Below, in pieces: positions 49,242 to 57,943 of a stretch of DNA of 64,000 nt. Position 1 is the stretch's first letter; each line of letters opens with the position of its first letter. Source of the DNA: an uncultured Ectothiorhodospiraceae bacterium (GTDB taxonomy: Bacteria > Bacteroidota > Ignavibacteria > SZUA-365 > GCA-2699105). The position numbers and the translations under genes are program-made. The notes beneath the pieces were generated by a model. It was not told the origin of the DNA, did no database searches, and worked only from the letters and a program-made list of their open reading frames with translations. The DNA is taken from assembly GCA_964408855.1 (NCBI GenBank), contig CAYPBB010000004.1, positions 51,764-115,763 of the forward strand, read 5' to 3'.

Positions 49242-50075
49242 TTACCAGTCGGTGCGTTCCAAACCGAAAACATTCAATTTGCCGTTCACGTGCAGGTTTT
49301 TATCGATGATATTATTGTTTGCGTCCACCGTTTGAGAATGGCAATTCGAGCATGTGGACGGGAAGCTTGCGTGCTGCTGTCCTTTTGGCTTCGGATCGCC
49401 GGTTGCCGGGTTGCCGTGGCACGACCCGCACTTCGCCTGATCGGTCCCTTTCCAGGAGACTGTTGCGTTATTTCCGCCTGTAAAGTTTCCGTGGCAGTAG
49501 GTATTTGCGCAGCCCGCACCGTCCTGTTGGAAGGAGGGAGTGCCGGAAGTACCAATCGTTACGGTGTTTGCCAGTGCGATGTTCAGCACGACTTCCGCTC
49601 CGTCCGGATTGCTGCCGCCGATGTGATTCGGATCGTCGAATCCGGTTATCGCCGGGTGGCAGTTCGTGCAGACCAAATTGAGAGAGGAACTGAGGCCCTG
49701 ATCGATATGCCTGCCGTGGGTTGCATACCAATATGGATAATTGGTCCCCCGGTCGCGTTCGCCGTGGCACGTATAACACGCTTCCGGTCCGCCGTCTTCC
49801 GCCCGGTGGCATCCCGATGTTGTACAGGAAACCTTTGCGATCCCTCCTGCATAGTCCTTTCCGTGACAGGTCGTGCAATTCTCCAGACTCCAGCCGTTCG
49901 ATCGGATCACCGTTCCGTGCCAATCGGGAGACGAGGGACTCGTCATACCCGGCGGATGGATGCCGTTCAGTGCCGGCGCAATCGGAAGATCTCCCTTATC
50001 CTTTAGCTCGCTTGAACAACCGGCAATCGCAAGCATTGCGAACGCCAGTCCTGCTAGTATTACTCGTGCGTTCAT
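49242..50075 (-). CDS. multiheme c-type cytochrome lipoprotein
   Basis: Lipoprotein signal (LAIAGCSSE). Five canonical CxxCH (CTTCH, CYTCH, CTNCH, CGSCH, CSNCH) plus two Cx4CH-like motifs (CTTSGCH, CANTYCH). 277 aa. Start overlaps the upstream gene by 4 nt. Confidence 0.7.
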   Translation of the reverse strand: MNARVILAGLAFAMLAIAGCSSELKDKGDLPIAPALNGIHPPGMTSPSSPDWHGTVIRSNGWSLENCTTCHGKDYAGGIAKVSCTTSGCHRAEDGGPEACYTCHGERDRGTNYPYWYATHGRHIDQGLSSSLNLVCTNCHPAITGFDDPNHIGGSNPDGAEVVLNIALANTVTIGTSGTPSFQQDGAGCANTYCHGNFTGGNNATVSWKGTDQAKCGSCHGNPATGDPKPKGQQHASFPSTCSNCHSQTVDANNNIIDKNLHVNGKLNVFGLERTDW

Positions 50076-51151
50076 TTGTTTTCACCTCCTGCCACTCCAG
50101 TCGAATGGCAAACCATACATACCGGATCGCCTCCGTCGACATTATGGCACGTAGCGCAGTGCTGGATATCCATCGATGCAAGGCGCGCATGACGGTTCAT
50201 CGCTTTGCCGCCCGTCGCCGAAGCAAATCCGGCAAGCTGGTGCGACTGCGGCACGATCCGTTCGCCGTTTGCGTCGTACCCGTTGGTGTGGCAATCGACG
50301 CAGAAGCTCTCCTGTTCGTGACACGTTGCGCAACGGCTCGATTGAATCCGCGCATCGAATCCGTGCGTGTATTTATACGTCAGACTATGCGCCTGTTGCG
50401 AGGTAAGCATGCCGCCGTCGTCCATTTTTTCGCCGCGAGGGTAGCTACCGATATAGAAATCTGTCTTCGTCGATGGAGCCGGCACATCATTCGTCGGTGT
50501 ATGGCATTCGGCGCAGAAGCTCTGCGAGTGGCAAACCGCGCAGTCGCGGCTGTCCTCGCCGGTGAGCGCCATCTTTCCATGGAACCTGGAGAAATCGGCC
50601 ATACGGTGATTTTTTGGAAGGAGGTTCGCAAGATTGGTATGGCACGCTTCGCATTGGTTGGTTGCCACGTTCTGCTGCATGGCGTCCGCCATCGAAACAA
50701 TCGGAGCAATTTTTTCGGCATTGTTGTGACACTCATAGCATCCGTCCATCGACGGTCCGGTAAAGCTGTCGCCGGTTTGGATATGGCAGCGGGCGCATTC
50801 AAGCTTCTGCGCGTCTGCATGGAATTTATGCGAGAAACGCAGTTCGTGAGGTCTCGGTGTACCTTTCACCTCGGCAAGATCGGTCGTTGCGTCCAATCCC
50901 CAATACTTGCGCACATCCGCTTCTTCATGGCAGCTCTGGCATGCGGAAGGGCCAGGAATGAGGTTGTCTTCCGCCGATTGGCTTTCGGCTGCCGCATGGC
51001 AGTCTGCGCAGGCGGCGAGTTCCTTGTGAATCTCATGCGAGAACATCACGCCGACCTTCGTCGCATCGGCGGCGGAAGGCGAGCTTGTCAGCGACACCAG
51101 TACTATCGCGGCTACAAGCAGTGAAGCGAAAATGGAATAGTAGTATTTCAT
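50072..51151 (-). CDS. periplasmic undecaheme c-type cytochrome
   Basis: Eleven CxxCH motifs. Signal peptide beginning MKYYYSIFASLLVAAIVLV; the ORF-track start 51196 is probably an over-extension. Confidence 0.75.
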   Translation of the reverse strand: MKYYYSIFASLLVAAIVLVSLTSSPSAADATKVGVMFSHEIHKELAACADCHAAAESQSAEDNLIPGPSACQSCHEEADVRKYWGLDATTDLAEVKGTPRPHELRFSHKFHADAQKLECARCHIQTGDSFTGPSMDGCYECHNNAEKIAPIVSMADAMQQNVATNQCEACHTNLANLLPKNHRMADFSRFHGKMALTGEDSRDCAVCHSQSFCAECHTPTNDVPAPSTKTDFYIGSYPRGEKMDDGGMLTSQQAHSLTYKYTHGFDARIQSSRCATCHEQESFCVDCHTNGYDANGERIVPQSHQLAGFASATGGKAMNRHARLASMDIQHCATCHNVDGGDPVCMVCHSTGVAGGENK

Positions 51152-52479
51152 TGCGCTTCCTCCTTGGTCGACCATCCGAGAGGATCGTTGAACCAATAGT
51201 TGATCCTGAGCAAGCCGCGCGTATCCGATTTATAAATGCGGTTGCTCATGTATTGCCCCTGCAGATCGATGGAGACGATTGGGATGGGGCGGTAGGTAAG
51301 ACCGGCAATGCCTGCCCACGCCGACGTTTTTTCGAGCTTATCGGATAGGGCGTAGTTGCTGTACACGACGCCTGCATGCGGCGTGAGTTTGTTTTCAAGA
51401 AACGGATACCGGAATTCGAAATTCAGTCCGTCGAGATCTCCATCCCAGCTCATGTCCTTTGTGTACATGATGGCGGCGTATTTATGCGATGCGCCGACGG
51501 AGAACCGGTACGCCGTCGATTCAAGACCGTCGATTTCCGGATAATCGTCGCCGGCGTTGTAGATGACCGCCGAAAAACGTCCCATCAACGTGATGCGTGG
51601 ATGAATCTTGTAGTCGATGCCGAGCACCGCCTCCTGATTCGCGCTCATCTCGAGGATGGAGAAATACGAATTCCAGGCGATAGTGGGCGCACGATGGGCG
51701 AGATTCAGAGATAGCCCCAGGTTGTCCAACGCCTGGTATGTCGCCGCAACTTCGGCGCGGGAGGCCTGCTCGAAATTGAAATCGTAATCGAATCTTACGT
51801 ACAGCCAGACGTTGTCGACAAGATAGCTGACGTTCAGACTGCCGTACTGGTTGGCGCGCGAACCGTAATCGATGGTTGTGGTCACCGCCTGACCGAGCGG
51901 ATCGAGCCGCAGGGCTTCGAACGGTGTCGATTCGCGGTGCCGGTTCATGTAACTCAATCCGAGCTTCATATTCTCGACGAGGTACAACGATACCTGCGCG
52001 CCGATCTGCCAGTTGTCTTCGAGATTGTTGAAGAAATCGGTTCTCTGCGATGGGGGAGTCAACCCGCCGCCGTAGCCCATGATTTCAACGCGGTTCGATG
52101 GACGTACGCGGATAGATGCGCCGTCTACGGTCCCGTAATTGACACCGGCATACACCGCCTGCCTTCCGAGACGGAGGTCGATCATATCTGCGACGTTCTT
52201 CACATTGATGTATGCGTTGAACAACCGCAATCTTGGATCGTGATCCATCTCGGTATCGAAATCGGTCGATGCCTGCATGTAGGTGTGGAACGAAATGTCT
52301 GCCGTTCCAAAGTTGAGTTGAATGTTCTCGTATGCTCTCAGGTGCGTTGTCGACGAGTCGGTTGAAAACGAGCGTTCCCAGCCATAGACGGTCGTCACCA
52401 GCCTGCCGTTCAGGACCTGCGCCGTCGAGACGCCTGAAAGCACGACGAGAAACAGAACAACAGTACAAACCTTTTGCAT
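51148..52479 (-). CDS. putative outer-membrane beta-barrel (porin-like) protein of a porin-cytochrome conduit
   Basis: Signal peptide MQKVCTVVLFLVVLSGVSTAQ. 443 aa, rich in Tyr/Gly/Asn with alternating hydrophobic beta-strand pattern. Flanked on both sides by multiheme cytochrome genes. Confidence 0.5.
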   Translation of the reverse strand: MQKVCTVVLFLVVLSGVSTAQVLNGRLVTTVYGWERSFSTDSSTTHLRAYENIQLNFGTADISFHTYMQASTDFDTEMDHDPRLRLFNAYINVKNVADMIDLRLGRQAVYAGVNYGTVDGASIRVRPSNRVEIMGYGGGLTPPSQRTDFFNNLEDNWQIGAQVSLYLVENMKLGLSYMNRHRESTPFEALRLDPLGQAVTTTIDYGSRANQYGSLNVSYLVDNVWLYVRFDYDFNFEQASRAEVAATYQALDNLGLSLNLAHRAPTIAWNSYFSILEMSANQEAVLGIDYKIHPRITLMGRFSAVIYNAGDDYPEIDGLESTAYRFSVGASHKYAAIMYTKDMSWDGDLDGLNFEFRYPFLENKLTPHAGVVYSNYALSDKLEKTSAWAGIAGLTYRPIPIVSIDLQGQYMSNRIYKSDTRGLLRINYWFNDPLGWSTKEEAQ

Positions 52480-52544
52480 ATGTTCGTCCTTTAGTTCTGT
52501 TGACCAGAATGAGAGTTGTTAATTGCTTGAATTTGGATAACTGC

Positions 52545-52586
52545 GGGGTAAAAACAAAACAGGCGGACCCGCATGGGATCCGCCTG
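52545..52586 (-). terminator. putative terminator/attenuator downstream of tetraheme cytochrome gene
   Basis: Hairpin CAGGCGGA(CC)...(GGGA)TCCGCCTG with a U-run on the minus transcript (plus GGGGTAAAAACAAAAC). Confidence 0.4.
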
Positions 52587-52599
52587 CGGTCTAGATTGA

Positions 52600-53160
52600 C
52601 TATTTTGGCAAACCGTGCTCGATTTTCGCCCACATTTCCTTCATTTTGAAGGCTTTATATGTCGGGCTTTTTTCGTTGTGGCACTGCTTGCAATGCTTTT
52701 CGGCGCTGCCGTCGGCCACCTTGGGTAATTCCAGTCCGAGTTTCTTCGCTTCTTCAAGCTGTTCGGGTTTGTTGTGTTTCGTCTTGAACAGCGATGCAGC
52801 ACCGTGGCACGATTCGCAGCCGACGCCTTCGGCTTTGTCGAACTTCGCGTCGAACTTCGCAGCTTTTTCCATCATCCCGGTAACATGGCAACTGAGGCAT
52901 TCCGGCGTTTCGGCTGCCTTGGTTTTAAAGCCTTTGTCTGCCGCGATTTTGTCCGCAGCGGGTGTTTGAAGGGTTTTGAACGCACTGGCATGGGCGCTCG
53001 ACTCCCATTTGGCGTACACTTTACCGCCCTTGTCGGTGTTATGGCATCCTTTGCACGACTTGGCGCCGACGTATTGCGGCGAATCGGCTGGCGTGAGAGT
53101 GAATGCGCACAACGCCACAAAAACGATCGATCCGAGAATTGGCACGACGACTCGTTTCAT
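52600..53160 (-). CDS. periplasmic tetraheme c-type cytochrome
   Basis: Signal peptide. Four CxxCH (CKGCH, CLSCH, CESCH, CKQCH). 186 aa, Lys-rich. Confidence 0.8.
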   Translation of the reverse strand: MKRVVVPILGSIVFVALCAFTLTPADSPQYVGAKSCKGCHNTDKGGKVYAKWESSAHASAFKTLQTPAADKIAADKGFKTKAAETPECLSCHVTGMMEKAAKFDAKFDKAEGVGCESCHGAASLFKTKHNKPEQLEEAKKLGLELPKVADGSAEKHCKQCHNEKSPTYKAFKMKEMWAKIEHGLPK

Positions 53161-53267
53161 TTTCTCCTCGATTCATTGGTGAATGGATTATTGATTTGTG
53201 TATGTATTGCAAAAAGCAGTTGCATGGGTTCGGTATCTGGAGTCCTATGTCCTCTACTTCTATGTAT

Positions 53268-55538
53268 TTACGACTGAGGATGTTCCTTCGCGCCGTTCAC
53301 GCTTTCTTCGTCGTCGGTGATGATTGTCACATCACCGGCTTTCGCCTTCAGGCGCTCGAGTTCAAGTGGATGCTCTTCGAGCATTTCATGCTCGGTGAGG
53401 GTACCCTTGAACCAGGCGACATTCATCGGATATACGTCTGGGTTGAAGATGATAAAGTAAAAATGCCAGACGATGATAGCAAGCGTTGCGAGCCATGCTT
53501 CGTAAAAATGGATGATGGTCATGATATCGAGGAATTCCTTCGAGGTCATCGCTCCGAAAAACTCATGGAACCACAGCATCAGACCCGTCGCGCCCATCAC
53601 GATCGTGCCCCAGATCAACGCCCAGTATTCGGCTTTCTCCATATAACTGAATCTGTCGAACCTCGGCCGGTCGCCGGTTCTGCCGAGGTACCACTTGAAT
53701 GCCTGAAGCGCATCTTTCACATCTTTCCAGATAGGCAGCATATCCTTGATGAACTGTCTGCCGCGTTTGGTGGCGACCATGTACCAGATGTGATACAGCG
53801 ACGCAGCGAGCATGACGGCTCCGGCAATTCTGTGAAGAACGCCGCGCAGTTCAAACGCCGGTTCGCCGAGAATCTCGCGGATGTATACCACCCACCATGC
53901 ATTGGGGTAGGTCAATCCAAAGCCGGTGAATACGAGCAGAATGAAACTCAGTGCGAGCGTCGCGTGCTGGATTCGCTCGCTCAGCGTCATTCTCAGATAT
54001 AGATTGTGGGCAACCTCGTGCTGGTGACCTCTACGGCGGGCTTTCAGCTTTTCGAGCGCCTTCTTCCTGAAATCAAGCAGATTGTGGAAGAGCATCCCGC
54101 CGATTGTCAGTACGATGAGCAGGATGTAGATCGTCGTGATCGTGTATTGAATTCCGGATTCCTTCTCGGTGCGGACAACATGGATCGGACCTTTTGTAAA
54201 GCTCTCGGAGGCGTTCGGATGGCACTTCCCGCATGTTTGTTTCAAATTGGAGGGATGAATGCTCGACGTTGAATCGCTCGATGGTTTAATGCTATGCGCG
54301 CCGTGGCAGCTCGCGCAATTCGCTGCGACTTTCGATCCGCCCTGAACGGCGAGCCCGTGATAGCTGTCGAGATAGCTTTCTCCGGGATTCGCGACGATAC
54401 CGTATTTGTCTGCCATGCGCACCGAGTTGTGGCAGGGAAGACACACCTTCTCCGGAAGGTTGCGGCTGTTTACCGGCGATTGCTTTGAATCGACGGCAAG
54501 AATGCCGTGTTCTCCGTGGCAATCGGTACAAGATGGCGCATCGCGGACGCCGCGCGCAAGCGCCGAACCATGGATGCTCTCGTTGAATTCCGTTTTGATG
54601 GCATCGTGACATTTCCCGCATGTAGTCGGAATTTTCAGCTTGTTCACTTTCGAGTCCGCGACAGACCCGGGCGCTACTTCGTGCGCTCCGTGGCAATCGA
54701 TGCAGTTTGCAGCATCAGCATTACCGCGGTGCAGCGACATCCCGTGGATGCTATGCTCATACGCATCGATGAAACCGGCGCTTGTCGCCATGCGCGATTT
54801 CACATCGTCGTCGTTTTGATGGCATGAAAGGCAGAGTTTTTCCTGCGCAATCTTCAGGTCCAGCTTGCTCAGTCCGCTGCTGGGCGTGATCGATTTGGAG
54901 TGGCACGAAATACATGTCGGCGCGCCTTTGACATTGGCGGCGACTGCTTTCCCGTGCCACGATGCGTTGAATGTCGCGACCTCGGCGCTGTGGCATGTGC
55001 CGCACGACTTGTTCAGATTTGCGCTGGAAAATGGAGAAGCCGGGTTTTTCGGAGCGACGACATTATGTGTTCCGTGGCACTCCTTGCACGCCGATTGCAA
55101 ACGTCCGGCAGTCTTAGCGGCATTCAGCATTGAGGCGTGGAATTTGTGCGTCTGCAGCGCGTCTTTATGGCAGCTTGTACACTGCACCGGAGTGATTTTC
55201 TCTTTATGCGGCACATCGTCGGGATTGAATCCGACATGACAAGAGATACAACTCAGCTTGCTATGAGGAGAGGCTTTCAGAATCTTCGGATTGGTGTAGA
55301 GCGAAACCTCTCTCCCGTTTTTCTCCATCGTCAAATCTTTATCGTTATGGCAAGCCTGACAATCGGCGACCGATTGGGCGATACTTTGTCCGCTGAATAT
55401 CAGCAGTACCGCCGCAGACAGGAATGCCAGAAGCTGGGTCCTTTTCATCGAAGTATACCTGCTTTCGGAGCAAATCTGGCGTTTGTTAAATTCAACGTGC
55501 TTCCTTTCTGGTGTAGTATTCATGGGTTTGCGCGGCAT
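53268..55538 (-). CDS. CbcL-like fusion: periplasmic multiheme (13 CxxCH) c-type cytochrome domain plus C-terminal membrane di-heme cytochrome b (HydC/FdnI-type) domain
   Basis: Signal/anchor. Thirteen CxxCH motifs in the N-terminal roughly 430 aa. C-terminal roughly 300 aa carries 4-5 TM helices with conserved His (HNLLDF, HRIAGAV, HFYEAW, WHFYFI), as in Ni/Fe-hydrogenase / formate-dehydrogenase b-type cytochrome subunits. Confidence 0.7.
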   Translation of the reverse strand: MPRKPMNTTPERKHVEFNKRQICSESRYTSMKRTQLLAFLSAAVLLIFSGQSIAQSVADCQACHNDKDLTMEKNGREVSLYTNPKILKASPHSKLSCISCHVGFNPDDVPHKEKITPVQCTSCHKDALQTHKFHASMLNAAKTAGRLQSACKECHGTHNVVAPKNPASPFSSANLNKSCGTCHSAEVATFNASWHGKAVAANVKGAPTCISCHSKSITPSSGLSKLDLKIAQEKLCLSCHQNDDDVKSRMATSAGFIDAYEHSIHGMSLHRGNADAANCIDCHGAHEVAPGSVADSKVNKLKIPTTCGKCHDAIKTEFNESIHGSALARGVRDAPSCTDCHGEHGILAVDSKQSPVNSRNLPEKVCLPCHNSVRMADKYGIVANPGESYLDSYHGLAVQGGSKVAANCASCHGAHSIKPSSDSTSSIHPSNLKQTCGKCHPNASESFTKGPIHVVRTEKESGIQYTITTIYILLIVLTIGGMLFHNLLDFRKKALEKLKARRRGHQHEVAHNLYLRMTLSERIQHATLALSFILLVFTGFGLTYPNAWWVVYIREILGEPAFELRGVLHRIAGAVMLAASLYHIWYMVATKRGRQFIKDMLPIWKDVKDALQAFKWYLGRTGDRPRFDRFSYMEKAEYWALIWGTIVMGATGLMLWFHEFFGAMTSKEFLDIMTIIHFYEAWLATLAIIVWHFYFIIFNPDVYPMNVAWFKGTLTEHEMLEEHPLELERLKAKAGDVTIITDDEESVNGAKEHPQS

Positions 55539-55589
55539 AAGTGCGTCACCAGTATGTTATAAGATCAGTGCATTCATTGATGGAATCGG

Positions 55590-57080
55590 TCAGTTCCCGA
55601 GATGGCAATCGGAACAATTCGCGGTTTTCCATGCATCGTCGATATCCGACGGATGGTTGAACTCCATTCCGTCGAGGCTGCTTACAGGACTTGTCGCCGG
55701 TCCCTGTCTAATTATTGCATGGCAGACCGAACAGTCGTTCGATATGACCTTGCCGTCTTCCGAAACGTGCTTGTTATCGTGGCAGCGGAAACAGCCGATA
55801 TTGTACATATGCCCGATGTTGTTTGGATAGGCTTTCCAATTGACCTTCATTTCGGCGAAGAAATTCCTCGAATAAATTCTCATTATCTCCGTGATCGCGC
55901 GCTCTACATCCTGGGAGCGGGTTTTCAGGATTTCCGGAGCGCGTTCGCGGTATTCGCCGCGGATGATGTCGGGAATCTCCAAACGAGCCTGTGTTGACGT
56001 CGCGAACTCGCGGGTCATTGCATACGAAGCGATGCCTCTGATACCCGGGAGCGTAGGATCGATCTTGCCGTTCGCCATAGCGTCGTTGATTGTCCGGAAC
56101 GGCGGATAGTAGATATGAGAAGGACGGTTATGGCAGTCGATGCAATCCATTTTGCGCTTCTCGTATTTCCCGATTTCCTTCCCGGAAATCTCATGGTCCT
56201 TCGAACGGAATATCCGTACTTCGCCTTTCAGGTTCTTGCTCATGACCCAGGGGATGACCTGGCGTTTATCGTCGGACGCGATATAGGTTATTTCCTGTTC
56301 GGTATTCATATGCCAATGGATGCCTTCCGTAGGACCCAATTCGCTCTGTCCGCCGCCGATTTTAAGATCCATTTCGATGATCCACGGCACGGTTCCTGTT
56401 GTATCGATCGGGAAGTACACCTTCTTCAATTTCTTTTCGGCGGTGAATTTGCTGGGCCAGTGGCATTCCTCGCACGTTTCGCGCGCCGGACGCAGGTTGT
56501 GGACGGGCGTTTCGATTGGCCGGTGATACTTATCGAAGATGACCGAGTACACCTGGTACATACCGCTGATCTTGGCTTTGACGAACCAATCAGCGCCGGT
56601 GCCGATATGGCACTCGGCGCAGGCGACGCGGGCATGCGGGGAATGCTGGTACGCAGTATACTCGGGGTTCATGACCTCATGGCATACTTCGCCGCAGAAC
56701 TCAACCGATTCGGAATAGGTGTAGGTCTGATACATACCTGCCGCGGAGATAACGATCAGGAACATCGTTCCCACAGTGAAGATCATCACCGCCATGCGAT
56801 GGCGGGGCAGATTCAGATCGAGGTGGATGTACCGGCGCGGTTCGCCGTGGCGTTTCCGCCGCCGGCGCCGTTCCCAAAGAATACCGATAGGGATGAGGAA
56901 GAGTCCGGCAAACATGATTCCCGGAAGAATCATATACGTGAAGATCCCGAGATAGGGCGAACTGGTAAAGCCAAGCACATCCATCATGAAGAACACGAAG
57001 ATGCTGCCCAGAGTCAGGAGGGTGATTCCTACTCCGGCAAGGCTAATCGGATTGTAGACGATATCCGGCAATCTTCTCAT
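55590..57080 (-). CDS. ImcH-like inner-membrane multiheme c-type cytochrome (NapC/NirT-like quinol dehydrogenase family)
   Basis: Two or three N-terminal TM helices. Six CxxCH (CAECH, CEECH, CIDCH, CFRCH, CSVCH, CSDCH) plus one Cx3CH (CGEVCH). 496 aa. Confidence 0.6.
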   Translation of the reverse strand: MRRLPDIVYNPISLAGVGITLLTLGSIFVFFMMDVLGFTSSPYLGIFTYMILPGIMFAGLFLIPIGILWERRRRRKRHGEPRRYIHLDLNLPRHRMAVMIFTVGTMFLIVISAAGMYQTYTYSESVEFCGEVCHEVMNPEYTAYQHSPHARVACAECHIGTGADWFVKAKISGMYQVYSVIFDKYHRPIETPVHNLRPARETCEECHWPSKFTAEKKLKKVYFPIDTTGTVPWIIEMDLKIGGGQSELGPTEGIHWHMNTEQEITYIASDDKRQVIPWVMSKNLKGEVRIFRSKDHEISGKEIGKYEKRKMDCIDCHNRPSHIYYPPFRTINDAMANGKIDPTLPGIRGIASYAMTREFATSTQARLEIPDIIRGEYRERAPEILKTRSQDVERAITEIMRIYSRNFFAEMKVNWKAYPNNIGHMYNIGCFRCHDNKHVSEDGKVISNDCSVCHAIIRQGPATSPVSSLDGMEFNHPSDIDDAWKTANCSDCHLGN

Positions 57081-57126
57081 ACGTACCTCGCTTCAACACA
57101 ATGTTGAAATATTCCACTACAGTTCA

Positions 57127-57185
57127 AGTCACAGGTGCATTCTTCGCAGGCGCATTCTTCACAGGTGCATTTTTCGCAGGTGCTG
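57127..57185. repeat. 15-bp tandem repeat (CAGGTGCATTCTTCG-like) x3.7 in the upstream region of the ImcH-like gene
   Basis: Units CAGGTGCATTCTTCG / CAGGCGCATTCTTCA / CAGGTGCATTTTTCG / CAGGTGCTGG. Located 47-105 nt upstream of the minus-strand start at 57080. Confidence 0.8.
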
Positions 57186-57378
57186 GTTCATCAAGGTCTA
57201 TCGTCGTAAAATACCAAAATACTGGTAGATGGGGTACAATAATACGATAAAATAGAGTATAAATGTAGAAATATGACGCTGGTCCGACAGTTGTTTTTCG
57301 TAAATGTCTTCAAATAATATCCGCAATCAAAATCATCTATCCAATATTCAGATAATATACTCTGAATATTATCGAAAA

Positions 57379-57933
57379 TTACGCTTGAGCGGTCTTCAAG
57401 TCATCGATACGCGATTGAACTACGCCTTCGCATTCGCGGCAATAGTACGCCTCCTTCAGGTCGATGTCTTCTACATACGTGGACGCATTCATCGCGCATC
57501 CTGGATTGATGCAATGGCGCAATCCGAACGTATGCCCAAGTTCGTGGACTGCTTCCTTCAGCGAGCGCTGGTAAAGCATGTGCGGCGATGGCTGCAGCCC
57601 GTAGAACTCGTTGTGGAGCCGGAACGTGGAAAACACGGAAGCGCGGTTATCGACCTGCGCCTGTCCGAACAGAAACGTCAGCACGGGCAGGAATAAATCG
57701 TAGCTCGTCACGCCGAGTATTTTCGAAACGCCCGCAGGCGCATGTTCGAGAAGCATTGCCAGGATACGCGCGGAATGATATTGCCTTCGCGATGAATCAT
57801 GCGCATCGTGTATAGGTAGCGCCAGATTCACCGGTTCTACAGGGAGATGGTAGACCAACGCCAGATCGGTGCAGAACTCCTGCAAGGGAAGCGGCGTATT
57901 CAGGGCTATCGGTACCACGTGTATCTTAACCAT
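57379..57933 (-). CDS. archaemetzincin-like zinc metalloprotease
   Basis: HELGHTFGLRHC motif followed by CxxC (CAMNASTYVEDIDLKEAYYCRECE), characteristic of the archaemetzincin (AmzA) family. 184 aa. Confidence 0.65.
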   Translation of the reverse strand: MVKIHVVPIALNTPLPLQEFCTDLALVYHLPVEPVNLALPIHDAHDSSRRQYHSARILAMLLEHAPAGVSKILGVTSYDLFLPVLTFLFGQAQVDNRASVFSTFRLHNEFYGLQPSPHMLYQRSLKEAVHELGHTFGLRHCINPGCAMNASTYVEDIDLKEAYYCRECEGVVQSRIDDLKTAQA

Positions 57934-57943
57934 TCAGATCGCA

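Noticed and set aside
49721-51124. 467-aa plus-strand ORF spanning the cytochrome genes
   Set aside because: Antisense to two multiheme cytochrome genes whose CxxCH periodicity is unmistakable. Arg/Ala-rich low-complexity translation typical of GC-rich antisense frames. The same logic applies to 47122-48063, 53103-54002, 56115-57107, 59273-60202, 21018-21875, 22680-23534, 33425-34303, 3076-3876 and 3965-4747.
57081-57380. Sigma-54 (-24/-12) promoter upstream of the ImcH-like operon
   Set aside because: No GG-N10-GC element with TGGCAC/TTGCW context could be found by eye on the minus strand. Left as something to scan computationally.
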